A program made the translations under genes and the position numbers. Shown in pieces: positions 19,382 to 28,687 of a stretch of 42,751 nt of DNA. The notes beneath the pieces are model-generated. The model saw only the letters and a program-made list of their open reading frames with translations. It had not been told where the DNA came from and searched no databases. Each line of letters begins with the position of its first letter. Position 1 is the stretch's first letter. Origin of the DNA: Thermodesulfovibrionales bacterium (GTDB taxonomy: Bacteria; Nitrospirota; Thermodesulfovibrionia; Thermodesulfovibrionales; SM23-35); assembly GCA_020062205.1 (NCBI GenBank), contig JAGUWT010000230.1:1-42751 (forward strand), read 5' to 3'.

Positions 19382-19648
19382 TTGGATAGAGCGGTGATTT
19401 ATGAGAAACTGGAGGAAATTTTTTCGGATATTTTTGACCTTGGGGATATAGGCTTTAAGGAAGACCTCTCTGCCGGTTTTATAAAAGATTGGGACTCTCT
19501 TGGTCATGTCAGATTAATGATAGCGATTGAGAGTGAGTTTGATATACGATTCTCTTTAGAAGAATTTGCCAAATTGGTCACTGTCAAAAAAATACTGGGT
19601 TATCTTGTGGATATCCTGGGAAATAGCTATAAAGACAGTCTTGTATAA
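19382..19648 (+). CDS. Acyl carrier protein
   Basis: Small acidic protein with WDSLGHVRLMIAIESEF phosphopantetheine-site motif. AGGGG SD plus TTG start. Confidence 0.9.
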   Translation: MDRAVIYEKLEEIFSDIFDLGDIGFKEDLSAGFIKDWDSLGHVRLMIAIESEFDIRFSLEEFAKLVTVKKILGYLVDILGNSYKDSLV

Positions 19649-19649
19649 A

Positions 19650-20525
19650 ATGGATGATGAATTCAGGTACTTGCTGAGTTTGTTTGAAAGGTTTTCTATA
19701 AAACCGATAACAAAGAGCGAATTTGTTGAGAAATTAATCGAGGTGGGTGTTGAAAAAAGCGATATTTTGTATATACATAGTCAGTTATTTCTTCTGGGCA
19801 ACGTAGAAGGCGCTAGTAGTCTCGACGAATATTTGAATAAGATTTTAGAATGTTTCTTTGAAGTCATTACTTCTGAGGGCACTATAGTTGTGCCTACATT
19901 TACTACGAGAGTAATAAAGCAGGGAATACCCTTTATTCTCGAGGAAACGGAATCTGATACTGGATTATTTGCCGAATTTATTAGGAAACATCCTGACTCG
20001 GTGAGAAGCCTTCATCCAGTAAACTCGTTTTCTGCTATCGGTAGGAGAAAGTATGAGATATGCAGCGATGTGCCCCAGACCAATTATGGTCTTGATACTC
20101 CTATGGATAGAATGGCTAAGTTGGGAGCGAAGGGTGTACTATTGGGCATGGAACTGACCGGAGATGCTGCTTATACAATCTCGTTGCTTCACCACATTGA
20201 AGCCATGTATAATGTGCCATATGTTTACAACAAAATAATAGATGCGAAAGTTATTGCTGGAGGAAAGTGTATCGATAAAATTTTTATCGGGAATTTCCGT
20301 TATCTGGACTTTGATATTCAAATGGGAACAATGCGGACAAATTTTATTCATAGACATTTAATCGAAGGAGGCCTGATAAGATCGGCCTACTTTGATAAAA
20401 GGGGCATTTATGTTGTGAATTTTAGTGACTATATAAACGAGTGTGTAAGTCTGTTGAAGAAAGATATATATAGTTTACTTGACTATCCTCCCTCATTTGT
20501 CAGGGGTGTTATACCATACAAATAA
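19650..20525 (+). CDS. AAC(3)/YokD-family (Antibiotic_NAT) N-acyltransferase (start reassigned to ATG 19650)
   Basis: GVEKSDILYIHS, GTIVVPTFT, TGLFAEFIR, RSLHPVNSFSAIG, LLG, SLLHHIEA. ATG 19650 lies just after the ACP stop. Confidence 0.85.
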   Translation: MDDEFRYLLSLFERFSIKPITKSEFVEKLIEVGVEKSDILYIHSQLFLLGNVEGASSLDEYLNKILECFFEVITSEGTIVVPTFTTRVIKQGIPFILEETESDTGLFAEFIRKHPDSVRSLHPVNSFSAIGRRKYEICSDVPQTNYGLDTPMDRMAKLGAKGVLLGMELTGDAAYTISLLHHIEAMYNVPYVYNKIIDAKVIAGGKCIDKIFIGNFRYLDFDIQMGTMRTNFIHRHLIEGGLIRSAYFDKRGIYVVNFSDYINECVSLLKKDIYSLLDYPPSFVRGVIPYK

Positions 20526-20577
20526 GCTCATGATTCTTGCTCTTTTACGCCTTTTAAGGATTCAGATATAAACTAAC

Positions 20578-22635
20578 ATGGTTCTGGACAGTAATTTTAA
20601 GTATTTTTTATGTAAGGTCGTTAAGCTCAAATGCGTTGTGAGTCTGGTGTTCCGTGAGGTGGTGCTTAGAAGGAACAAGGTCATGCTATGTTATTTAACC
20701 CCAAACAAAATCACATCTGTCTTGGAAAAACTTATCTGGCTGTTGAGTAAATTTCAGAAAAAGCTCTCTCTTAAGTATCTCTACTGTAATGTCTCCGGAA
20801 TGAAAAATGATGCTGGAGTTTCGCTTGTAAAGGTATCATATTTTGACGAGCTGTATGACGTAATAAATAATCTGAACGGTATGATACACAAAGAAGGCGA
20901 TTCGATATTAGATTATTTAAGTAGGAGGATGGAGCCCATTAAGGAGGACTTAAAGCTTTATATTATGCAGCAGGTAGCGTTTGATATCTATGACGATTTA
21001 TTATCAGTTAATGTTGCAAGTTGGTTATCCACAAACAAGGAAAGCGAGTTGTACGGGAAGAACCCAGTTTTAATACTAGAAAATAAAAGTTATTGGAGTT
21101 ATTTAGTTTTTGACCATGCAAAAAGTAAGAATGTGGAGATTATCGTTTTTCGCCAGATGAACATGAAAAGAAATAAGGGAATTCGCTTCGTATATTATTT
21201 AGTAAAATTGATTTCTGAATTTGTGAGACGGCTTTTCACAGGCAAGAAAAAGACTGCTCTCTCTGAAGAGGTGGATATTGGAATTCCATTTTATGCAGTT
21301 CATAATTTTACCAATTTTTTTGACCAAAAAAATTATTATCTATTTTGGTTTTATCAATCAGGAATTGACCCAAAAAACATATTGATTTATGTTCCAGATG
21401 CTGAATTTAAAATCAGCGATGAAGAGGTGCTTAACATAAAAAAGGCTGGATTTAACCTTTTATTCTGTCCGACCAGGATAACTGGGAAAGCTAAAAACAA
21501 CGTTCCTGTTTATGTATGTTCATTCAAAATGGCGCAACTTCTGCTTTTCTATTTAAGGCAGATTGTAAAGATGTATTTTCGTGTTAGAGGCAGGCCTATG
21601 AAGGAGCAGTGGAAGCTCCTTTCCCTATTGTTTATCCAACTTCCATACTGGGAGGACTTTTTCCAGAGCAATAATGTAAAGATTAAGTTCAGGTTTCATG
21701 ACATATTCGGCATACGTGATATTGCTGCGAAGCTGTCAGGCGTAATAACCATGTCTTATCACTATTCGAACCATTCTGCATCGACTATTATGCATCAGGA
21801 AGTTTGTGATATTTTTTATATTTGGGGGAGAAGATATAAAAGATTTTTACTGCCGAAATATTCGACCACAAAAAATATAATTCAAACCGGATACGTCTTC
21901 GATTATTCCTTCGGTCACTTAAAGCAAAAGGCATTAGAAGTAAAAAAGGCTTTTGCTGGGCGGAATATTCAGTATGTTATAGGGGTACTGGACGAACATT
22001 TAAAAGGAAATCCCGGGAATGCGATATTGGACTGTTATGAGGCTGTATTCAGATACGCTATGTCGCACAGCGAAATCGGTATTATTATAAAGCCCAAGAA
22101 AGTAACTCTTCGTGAGGATATGTTATCAAAACCGGAAGTTCTTGATCTGCTTGAACTGCTTGAAAAGGAAGGCAGGTTGATTATACTGGATTATAGAAAA
22201 TATCCTATTGAGGCCGGGTATGCCTCTGATATCGTTATAGGGTTGGTTGCAAACTCAACTGCAGCATTGGAGTGCGCGATTGCAGGTATCCCGACAATTG
22301 TTTATGATTGCGCTGGCTCTAGAGATTGGTGTCCATATTATGAATGGGGATATAATAAGGTAGTTTTTGATGATATTAAACAACTAATTGACTCGTTAAA
22401 TACAAACAGAGAAATATTGGATAATGTGTCTGGTTTTGCAGACTGGTCGTTCATTCTTAATGAAGTAGACCCCTTCCGTGACGGCAAGGCAAACCAGAGG
22501 ATTGCAGGCTATATCAAGACACTTCTCCTTGCGTCAAGTAATGGCTTAAGTAAAGATGAGGTCATTGAGGCTGCAAACCGGGCTTATGCAGAAGAATACG
22601 GCTGGGATAAGGTGACATCTTTGCACAGAAAATAA
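20578..22635 (+). CDS. Large uncharacterised polysaccharide-locus protein, probable GT-B fold ulosonate glycosyltransferase (start uncertain)
   Basis: C-half has GT-B-like features: YHYSN, FYIWG, TGYVFD, IIKPKK, ANSTAALECAIAGIPTIVYD, terminal DPFRDGKANQRI. Adjacent to wzx. Confidence 0.55.
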   Translation: MVLDSNFKYFLCKVVKLKCVVSLVFREVVLRRNKVMLCYLTPNKITSVLEKLIWLLSKFQKKLSLKYLYCNVSGMKNDAGVSLVKVSYFDELYDVINNLNGMIHKEGDSILDYLSRRMEPIKEDLKLYIMQQVAFDIYDDLLSVNVASWLSTNKESELYGKNPVLILENKSYWSYLVFDHAKSKNVEIIVFRQMNMKRNKGIRFVYYLVKLISEFVRRLFTGKKKTALSEEVDIGIPFYAVHNFTNFFDQKNYYLFWFYQSGIDPKNILIYVPDAEFKISDEEVLNIKKAGFNLLFCPTRITGKAKNNVPVYVCSFKMAQLLLFYLRQIVKMYFRVRGRPMKEQWKLLSLLFIQLPYWEDFFQSNNVKIKFRFHDIFGIRDIAAKLSGVITMSYHYSNHSASTIMHQEVCDIFYIWGRRYKRFLLPKYSTTKNIIQTGYVFDYSFGHLKQKALEVKKAFAGRNIQYVIGVLDEHLKGNPGNAILDCYEAVFRYAMSHSEIGIIIKPKKVTLREDMLSKPEVLDLLELLEKEGRLIILDYRKYPIEAGYASDIVIGLVANSTAALECAIAGIPTIVYDCAGSRDWCPYYEWGYNKVVFDDIKQLIDSLNTNREILDNVSGFADWSFILNEVDPFRDGKANQRIAGYIKTLLLASSNGLSKDEVIEAANRAYAEEYGWDKVTSLHRK

Positions 22636-22647
22636 GTATCATTAAAA

Positions 22648-24126
22648 ATGACAAGCAAAGAACAACAGGTAAAAAACAGTTTCATTTACATGCTTCCTCT
22701 CCTTGTAAGCGGCATTTTTCCATTTGTGGCAATGCCGATTCTTACAAGGATACTTACCGCGGAGGATTACGGCATACTTGCTCTGGCTCAGATATACGCT
22801 ATACTCGTAAGCGGATTCGCCAACTTCGGTATGAGTGCATCTTATGACAGAAATTTTTTCAAATATAGAAGTGACAAATTAAAATCGGCGCAATTACTAT
22901 TTTCCACCCTCTTTTTCGTAGTATTGAATTTTATCTTCCTCGCATCACTTACTTTCTTCTTTCGTAATACGTTTGCGAGACTCATTGTTGGCGATGCTCA
23001 ATACGGTAATATACTTTTTGTAGCGTTGTGCGCACAATTTTCGAGCACAGTGTCATATTATTACTATTCCTATTTTAAAAATTCGGAGCTTGCAAAAAAA
23101 TTTACTGCTTATACAATTGCCCAGAATATTATAAATGTTATCCTGTCTCTTTTTATGGTTGCTTATCTAAAGACAGGTGTTATAGGAATATTTTATGCCC
23201 AATTATTGTCCGGTTTAATCATCTTCTCTGCCCAAAGCTATAAGTTTTTGATTATGCTTAAGCCCTCATTGGATAAATCTATTCTACTTGAATCTATTAA
23301 GATAAGTTATCCACTTACCCCGACAATTTTTTTCGGCGTCATAGGAACACAGTTTGACAAGTACATGATAGGCATGCTGGCATCGCTTGGCGGGGTGGGG
23401 ATTTACAGCATCGGGCAGAAGGTGGCGTCAGTAGCCTTTACCTATATGACAGCCATTCAAAACGTATTTTCACCGCAGGTATACACAAGGATGTTTGATC
23501 TGAAGGAAAAGGGTGGCGAATCCGTGGGCAGATACCTGACTCCGTTTGTTTATATTTCTACAGCTTTTACATTAATTATTGCTGTTTTCTCGGAAGAGAT
23601 AATCTCTATACTCACTCCTGTTTCCTACCACGGAGCGATTGATATCGTTACAGTTCTCGCCATGTATTATGGGTTCCTTTTTTTCGGAAAGATATCCCCG
23701 ATGCAGTTGATATATGCAAAAAAAACACATTTATGTACAGTACTTTCCACCGTTAGTATAGGCTTTAACATAGTATTAAATATTATTTTCATCATGAAAT
23801 GGGGGGCAATTGGAGCAGCATGGGGCACCTTCCTGGCAGCGGTGATTTCTGGTTCGATATATTTTATGGTCGCTCAAAAAAACTATTTAATAAAATGGGA
23901 ATATTTAAAAATTGGCACCATCTTTTTAGTATTTTTCTCATCAGCGATGCTAATGATTGTTTTAAGAGATTTCAATACTGATTATGTAACACGACTGATA
24001 CTCAAGGGTATTTCTATCGGCACTTATGTATATTTGGGCATTAAATTTGATGTGATCACAATGGATAATTATAGGCTGATAAGAAATGCGATACCTATAA
24101 AACAGAAGGGTTATATTACAAGTTAG
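22648..24126 (+). CDS. wzx: Wzx oligosaccharide flippase (MOP/PST family)
   Basis: Many hydrophobic segments, PILTRILTAEDYGI, FDKYMIG...VGIYSIGQK, WGAIGAAW. Confidence 0.9.
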   Translation: MTSKEQQVKNSFIYMLPLLVSGIFPFVAMPILTRILTAEDYGILALAQIYAILVSGFANFGMSASYDRNFFKYRSDKLKSAQLLFSTLFFVVLNFIFLASLTFFFRNTFARLIVGDAQYGNILFVALCAQFSSTVSYYYYSYFKNSELAKKFTAYTIAQNIINVILSLFMVAYLKTGVIGIFYAQLLSGLIIFSAQSYKFLIMLKPSLDKSILLESIKISYPLTPTIFFGVIGTQFDKYMIGMLASLGGVGIYSIGQKVASVAFTYMTAIQNVFSPQVYTRMFDLKEKGGESVGRYLTPFVYISTAFTLIIAVFSEEIISILTPVSYHGAIDIVTVLAMYYGFLFFGKISPMQLIYAKKTHLCTVLSTVSIGFNIVLNIIFIMKWGAIGAAWGTFLAAVISGSIYFMVAQKNYLIKWEYLKIGTIFLVFFSSAMLMIVLRDFNTDYVTRLILKGISIGTYVYLGIKFDVITMDNYRLIRNAIPIKQKGYITS

Positions 24127-24163
24127 ATAAAAGAATTTCTACATATTTGGAAGGAGAGCTGGA

Positions 24164-25216
24164 ATGATTAAAATCGGCTTAAATGGATTTGGAAGGATCG
24201 GCAGGGCTATTACAAGGATAGTATTAAAAAGTGTGGATTGCCAACTAAATGTGATTAATGAGCTGGATCCAGACATTGGCAATGCTACATATTTATTAAA
24301 TTATGATTCTATATACGGTCGTTTTTCAGAAAAGATATCAGCTGATGAGCAGAGAAATGCCCTTATTTGTAACGGCGGGGTTATTCCAGTATATTCGTTT
24401 GCCAACACCGAGCATGTTCCGTGGGAAAGACATGATATTGATGTCCTGATTGACGCTACGGGGGTGAAGGCGAATGTCCTGGCAGCCCATCGCTTGATAG
24501 AGAGAGGAATCCCAAAGATCGTTATAACTCATTCCCCTGACGAGGTTGATACAACGATTATTTTAGGTGTTAATGAAAATGAGTATGACCCCAAAAAGCA
24601 TCACGTAATAAGTAGCAGTATCTGCGATGCAAGTGCGATCGCTCCAGTATTGTTTGAGATAAACAAGCTGTGGGAGATAGAGAATTGCTTTGTGACAACA
24701 CTGCATCCTTGGTTATCTTATCAAAATTTATTGGATGGTTCGGTCAGTTCTGTTTCCAGTCCGGGTCATTATTGGAAAGACTATTCTCTTGGACGAAGCA
24801 GCATCATGAACCTTATTCCAAAAGACACGACAGCTGCAAAAGCAACCCTTAAAGTCCTTACAGAATTGAAGGGGAAGATAGATGCAATTTCCTTCAGGGT
24901 TCCGACAAGTATTGTTTCAGCCTCAGACATGACAATCTTAGTAAAAAACAAGACGTCTACCGAAGAGGTAAATTCACATTTTAAGAGATTGTCAGAGGAG
25001 AAGGAGGATATCTTTGAACTGATCGAGGAATGTCTGGTTTCTATAGACCACCAGGGTACCAATAAGTCAGCTATTATAGATGCAGTGCGCACTAAGGTTT
25101 TGAACGAAAGGATGATAAAGATGGTAGTCTGGTATGACAACGAGTGGGGATATAGCAATAAAGTTGTCGATATTGCAAGATTGATAACTAAAAAATCAGG
25201 AGATAATCATGGGTAA
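24164..25216 (+). CDS. Divergent type I GAPDH/Epd-family aldehyde dehydrogenase
   Basis: GLNGFGRIGR, YDSIYGRF, DATG, LGVNE, TTLH, FRVPT, WYDNEWGYS. Catalytic loop reads SSSICDASAIAP instead of SNASCTTNCLAP. AAGGAG SD. Confidence 0.88.
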   Translation: MIKIGLNGFGRIGRAITRIVLKSVDCQLNVINELDPDIGNATYLLNYDSIYGRFSEKISADEQRNALICNGGVIPVYSFANTEHVPWERHDIDVLIDATGVKANVLAAHRLIERGIPKIVITHSPDEVDTTIILGVNENEYDPKKHHVISSSICDASAIAPVLFEINKLWEIENCFVTTLHPWLSYQNLLDGSVSSVSSPGHYWKDYSLGRSSIMNLIPKDTTAAKATLKVLTELKGKIDAISFRVPTSIVSASDMTILVKNKTSTEEVNSHFKRLSEEKEDIFELIEECLVSIDHQGTNKSAIIDAVRTKVLNERMIKMVVWYDNEWGYSNKVVDIARLITKKSGDNHG

Positions 25217-26162
25217 AAGGATTTTAGTAACGGGCGGGGCCGGTTTTGTAGGGAGCTGCCTGTGTAGAGAACTAAAAGAAGACAGTTATCACGTTACTGC
25301 AGTCGATGATTTATCCAACGGGAAACGTGAAAATATTCCTGAAGGGGTTGATTTCATAAGACTGGATATTTCGTCAGGGGAAGGCTTAAAAAGACTTGAC
25401 GCACATTCATTTGATAGCGTTATTCACTGCGCTGCCCAGTCGTCCAATGCCCTTTCTTTTAAAGACCCGAAGCAGGATATGTTGACCAACCAGTTAGGCA
25501 CACTTAATGTGCTGAATTATTGCATGGGGAAAAAAATCAACCGGTTCATTTTTACGAGTTCAATGAGCGTTTATGGACAGCCCGAGCATCTTCCAACTAA
25601 GGAAACGGATACACCATATCCTGATTCCTTTTATGCCATTCACAAATTAGGCTCTGAGCATTATATCCGAATATTTGCAAGGCAATATGGAATACAGTAC
25701 ACAATTTTCAGGCTATTTACTACCTATGGATTCGGGCAGAATCTTGAAAATGTCGATCAGGGCCTTCTCAGCATTTACTTAAGTCATATTCTTAATGAGA
25801 GGACATTGGTCGTAAAGGGCTCAAAAGATAGGACAAGAGATATAATCCATGTCAGTGATGTTGTTAACGCTATTAAATTTTCGCTAGACAATCCGAAATC
25901 TTACAACAGGGTCTATAATTTAGGAACAGGGCAGAGTATGAAGATAGAGAAGATTGTAGAGATGTTGACGACAGGCCTAGGCTACAGGAGAGGGGAATAT
26001 CCTGTAAGATATGAGAGTGGCACAGAGGGGGATCCGTTTGATACCCTGGCGGATATCGAGGAAGCCAAGAGGGATTTAGGATGGAAACCAAGGATTTCTG
26101 CCGAAGAGGGGATAAGGCTTACTTTGGAAAACTATAAGGCCCTGCTGAATAGGCATGAATGA
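25209..26162 (+). CDS. NAD-dependent epimerase/dehydratase (extended SDR)
   Basis: VTGGAGFVGS, HCAAQ, FTSSMSVYG, YAIHK (YxxxK), FRLFTTYG, RDIIHV, YNLGTG. Confidence 0.9.
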   Translation: MGKRILVTGGAGFVGSCLCRELKEDSYHVTAVDDLSNGKRENIPEGVDFIRLDISSGEGLKRLDAHSFDSVIHCAAQSSNALSFKDPKQDMLTNQLGTLNVLNYCMGKKINRFIFTSSMSVYGQPEHLPTKETDTPYPDSFYAIHKLGSEHYIRIFARQYGIQYTIFRLFTTYGFGQNLENVDQGLLSIYLSHILNERTLVVKGSKDRTRDIIHVSDVVNAIKFSLDNPKSYNRVYNLGTGQSMKIEKIVEMLTTGLGYRRGEYPVRYESGTEGDPFDTLADIEEAKRDLGWKPRISAEEGIRLTLENYKALLNRHE

Positions 26163-27162
26163 GCTTGAGATAAGACCCCAAAAACTTTTTAATGAATACC
26201 TTGAAATATCAAGGAAAGACGTTGAGCGTTTCTTTTCAAAAAAAGAGCTGTTTGTGGAGGTATCGTGCCCTGCCTGTAAAAGCAACAGGACTCAATTTGC
26301 ATTTGAAAAATATACCTTTTCTTACCGTATATGTGAAGAGTGCCTTACCCTTTTTGTCTCTCCACGTCCTACAGAGGAGATGATAGAGGACTTTTACAGG
26401 GAGTCTGCGTCAAGCAGGTTTTGGGCTGAGCGATTTTTCCCGGAAACTGCGGAGGCAAGGAGACTAAAGATATTCCGCCCACGTGCTATTTTGGTAAGCG
26501 AACTGGTTTCACGTTTCAGAGTACCTGAGCCCATCTCTCTTGTTGATGTCGGTGCCGGCTTTGGCATCTTTCTGGAAGAGATTAAAAGAACAGGATATTT
26601 TTCTGAAGTCCTGGCAATAGAACCCAGCATAGATCTTGCCAAATGCTGCAGGAGTAAAGGTTTCAGGGTTATTGAGAAATCCGTTGAAAATATTGAAGAT
26701 AACGAATTGCAGGTATCTGTGGCATGTTCTTTTGAGGTACTGGAACATTTATTTGACCCTGAAAGATTCATTAAAAGCATGAAGAGACTGTTGAAAACCG
26801 GAGGACTGATCATCTTTACGACCCTTACCATCAGCGGGCTTGACCTACTGGTACTATGGGAACACTCAAAAAGCATTTCACCACCACATCATATTAATTT
26901 CCTATCAGTGGAAGGGTTAAGGAGACTGATAGACCGCTGCGGTCTTGAAGAGGTGGAGATCTCAACACCTGGTCAGCTTGATGTTGATATTCTTTGCAAC
27001 ACAATGCGGGAAATGCCTGACCTGAAAGTTCCGAGATTTATAGATTATATAGTGAAGAACCGTGGCCCTGAAACATTCAATCAGTTACAGGCATTTTTAC
27101 AGGCCAACAACTTAAGCTCACATGCACGTGTTATCGCCCGAAAAGTAATACTTGAGTTGTAA
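26155..27162 (+). CDS. Class I SAM-dependent methyltransferase with N-terminal zinc-ribbon
   Basis: CPAC...CEEC...SPRP, LVDVGAGFG, IEPS, SFEVLEHLFDP, LKTGG, PPHHINF. Confidence 0.88.
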   Translation: MNELEIRPQKLFNEYLEISRKDVERFFSKKELFVEVSCPACKSNRTQFAFEKYTFSYRICEECLTLFVSPRPTEEMIEDFYRESASSRFWAERFFPETAEARRLKIFRPRAILVSELVSRFRVPEPISLVDVGAGFGIFLEEIKRTGYFSEVLAIEPSIDLAKCCRSKGFRVIEKSVENIEDNELQVSVACSFEVLEHLFDPERFIKSMKRLLKTGGLIIFTTLTISGLDLLVLWEHSKSISPPHHINFLSVEGLRRLIDRCGLEEVEISTPGQLDVDILCNTMREMPDLKVPRFIDYIVKNRGPETFNQLQAFLQANNLSSHARVIARKVILEL

Positions 27163-27908
27163 TGCGTAGCTTATTATGGGATTTTGATGGTGTTATTATT
27201 GACAGTATAGACGAATGCCTGCTTACTTCATATAATGCCTACCTGCAGTACCAGGGGATATATAATGAATTTATCGAGACATTAGAGGACATCCCGAAAT
27301 ATTACCGTGAAGAATTTTACAGGACGAGAAAGTATGTCAGGCCAGCAGGAGAATATTTTATTTTGCATAAGGCGATATCATCTAATATTAAAATCGACAG
27401 TTATTTGCGGTTCAAAGAATTATTAATAAGCAACGCCGGAGCAGTGGCTGATTTTCAGGAATTGTTTTTTTTAACTCGCAATGAATTTAAAAGCAAGTAT
27501 CCGCGATACTGGTTTGAGCTTCATCATAGTTACCCAGGAATAAAAACAAAATGGCAGGAACTTAAAAGATATTTTGATTTTTATATCGTCTCTAATAAGG
27601 ATTTAAAATCAATTTCTGAGATTTTGGATTTTTTCGATCTGCCGATCAACCGAGACAACATTTTCGGCGCAGAGTTCAGCACAGACAAGAAAGTGATAAT
27701 CAGACATATTCTGTCAACTAATAATATTAGCGCTGAGAAACTATTTTTTATAGATGACAACTACCAACATCTTTTAGATTTAAACGGAATGGGGATCAAA
27801 CTATTCTTTGCTTGTTGGGGATATGGAGAAATCCAGGATAATACCAATGAAGATATAATCCTTCTGGATTTAGATACTTTTAATATTAAAGTTATAGAGG
27901 AATTATGA
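27162..27908 (+). CDS. HAD-superfamily hydrolase (probable phosphatase)
   Basis: Motif I WDFDGVIIDS, motif II IVSNK, DKK, motif IV FIDD, WGYG. Confidence 0.85.
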   Translation: MRSLLWDFDGVIIDSIDECLLTSYNAYLQYQGIYNEFIETLEDIPKYYREEFYRTRKYVRPAGEYFILHKAISSNIKIDSYLRFKELLISNAGAVADFQELFFLTRNEFKSKYPRYWFELHHSYPGIKTKWQELKRYFDFYIVSNKDLKSISEILDFFDLPINRDNIFGAEFSTDKKVIIRHILSTNNISAEKLFFIDDNYQHLLDLNGMGIKLFFACWGYGEIQDNTNEDIILLDLDTFNIKVIEEL

Positions 27909-28687
27909 TGGAAAAGTTTGCGAAAGTTAATTACCATGGGAAGATAAAATGGTGCAAAGTTATAGAAGATAATTATTATGAATTAGCAGATAGTATTTAT
28001 AAGGAAAATCCAAGAGTAAAAAGGCAACCTCTTGATCAAACAGGTATTCGTTTTCTACCACCATGTGACGGTCAAAAAGTCATTGGTCTCGCTTATAATT
28101 ACAAGGGATTGGTTGGTAAAAAAGAAAACTATGATGAGCCATTATTCTTTTTCAAATCGCCGACTGGATTGATAGGTCACAGAGAATCCATCATTTACCC
28201 TGGTTTCGCCCAAAAAGTATGGCAGGAGGTTGAGTTAGCTATTATCGTAAAGGCTAAATGCAAAAATGTTCCTGTAGAAGAGGCACATAGATATATTTTG
28301 GGCTATACCTGCGGTAATGACATTACTTGTGAGAATATCCTTAATAGGGATTGGCATTTAGCCAGATCAAAAGGATTAGACACTTTTTGCCCTTTAGGTA
28401 CATTCTTAGTTAAAGATATCAACACAGAAAATTTACGGCTGACATCGTACATTAATGGAAGGGTAACACAAGACAGTTATACATCAGATAGGATAATAAA
28501 TGACGTTGAAACTGTATCATTAATATCAAGGTATGTCACTTTATTCCCCGGGGATGTGATACTAACCGGAACACCTGCCGGTGCGGTCAATGCTGTTATA
28601 TCACCGGGTGACATAATAAAGGTAGAAATTGAAAGTATAGGAATTTTAGAAAATAGTGTAGTACCAGATAAGGAGGGCTTAAAATGA
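27905..28687 (+). CDS. Fumarylacetoacetate hydrolase (FAH) family protein
   Basis: KVIGLAYNY, EPLFFFKSP, EVELAII, GYTCGNDIT, KGLDTFCPLG, TLFPGDVILTGTP. Confidence 0.92.
   Translation: MMEKFAKVNYHGKIKWCKVIEDNYYELADSIYKENPRVKRQPLDQTGIRFLPPCDGQKVIGLAYNYKGLVGKKENYDEPLFFFKSPTGLIGHRESIIYPGFAQKVWQEVELAIIVKAKCKNVPVEEAHRYILGYTCGNDITCENILNRDWHLARSKGLDTFCPLGTFLVKDINTENLRLTSYINGRVTQDSYTSDRIINDVETVSLISRYVTLFPGDVILTGTPAGAVNAVISPGDIIKVEIESIGILENSVVPDKEGLK

Noticed and set aside
17751-19648. NRPS/PKS secondary-metabolite cluster
   Set aside because: No condensation, ketosynthase or thioesterase domains; genes are embedded in a polysaccharide operon.
19566-20525. Aminoglycoside resistance gene aac(3), and the 19566 start
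   Set aside because: Context (ACP, ligase, glycan locus) indicates biosynthetic acyl transfer. The 19566 start overlaps the ACP gene, so 19650 is preferred.
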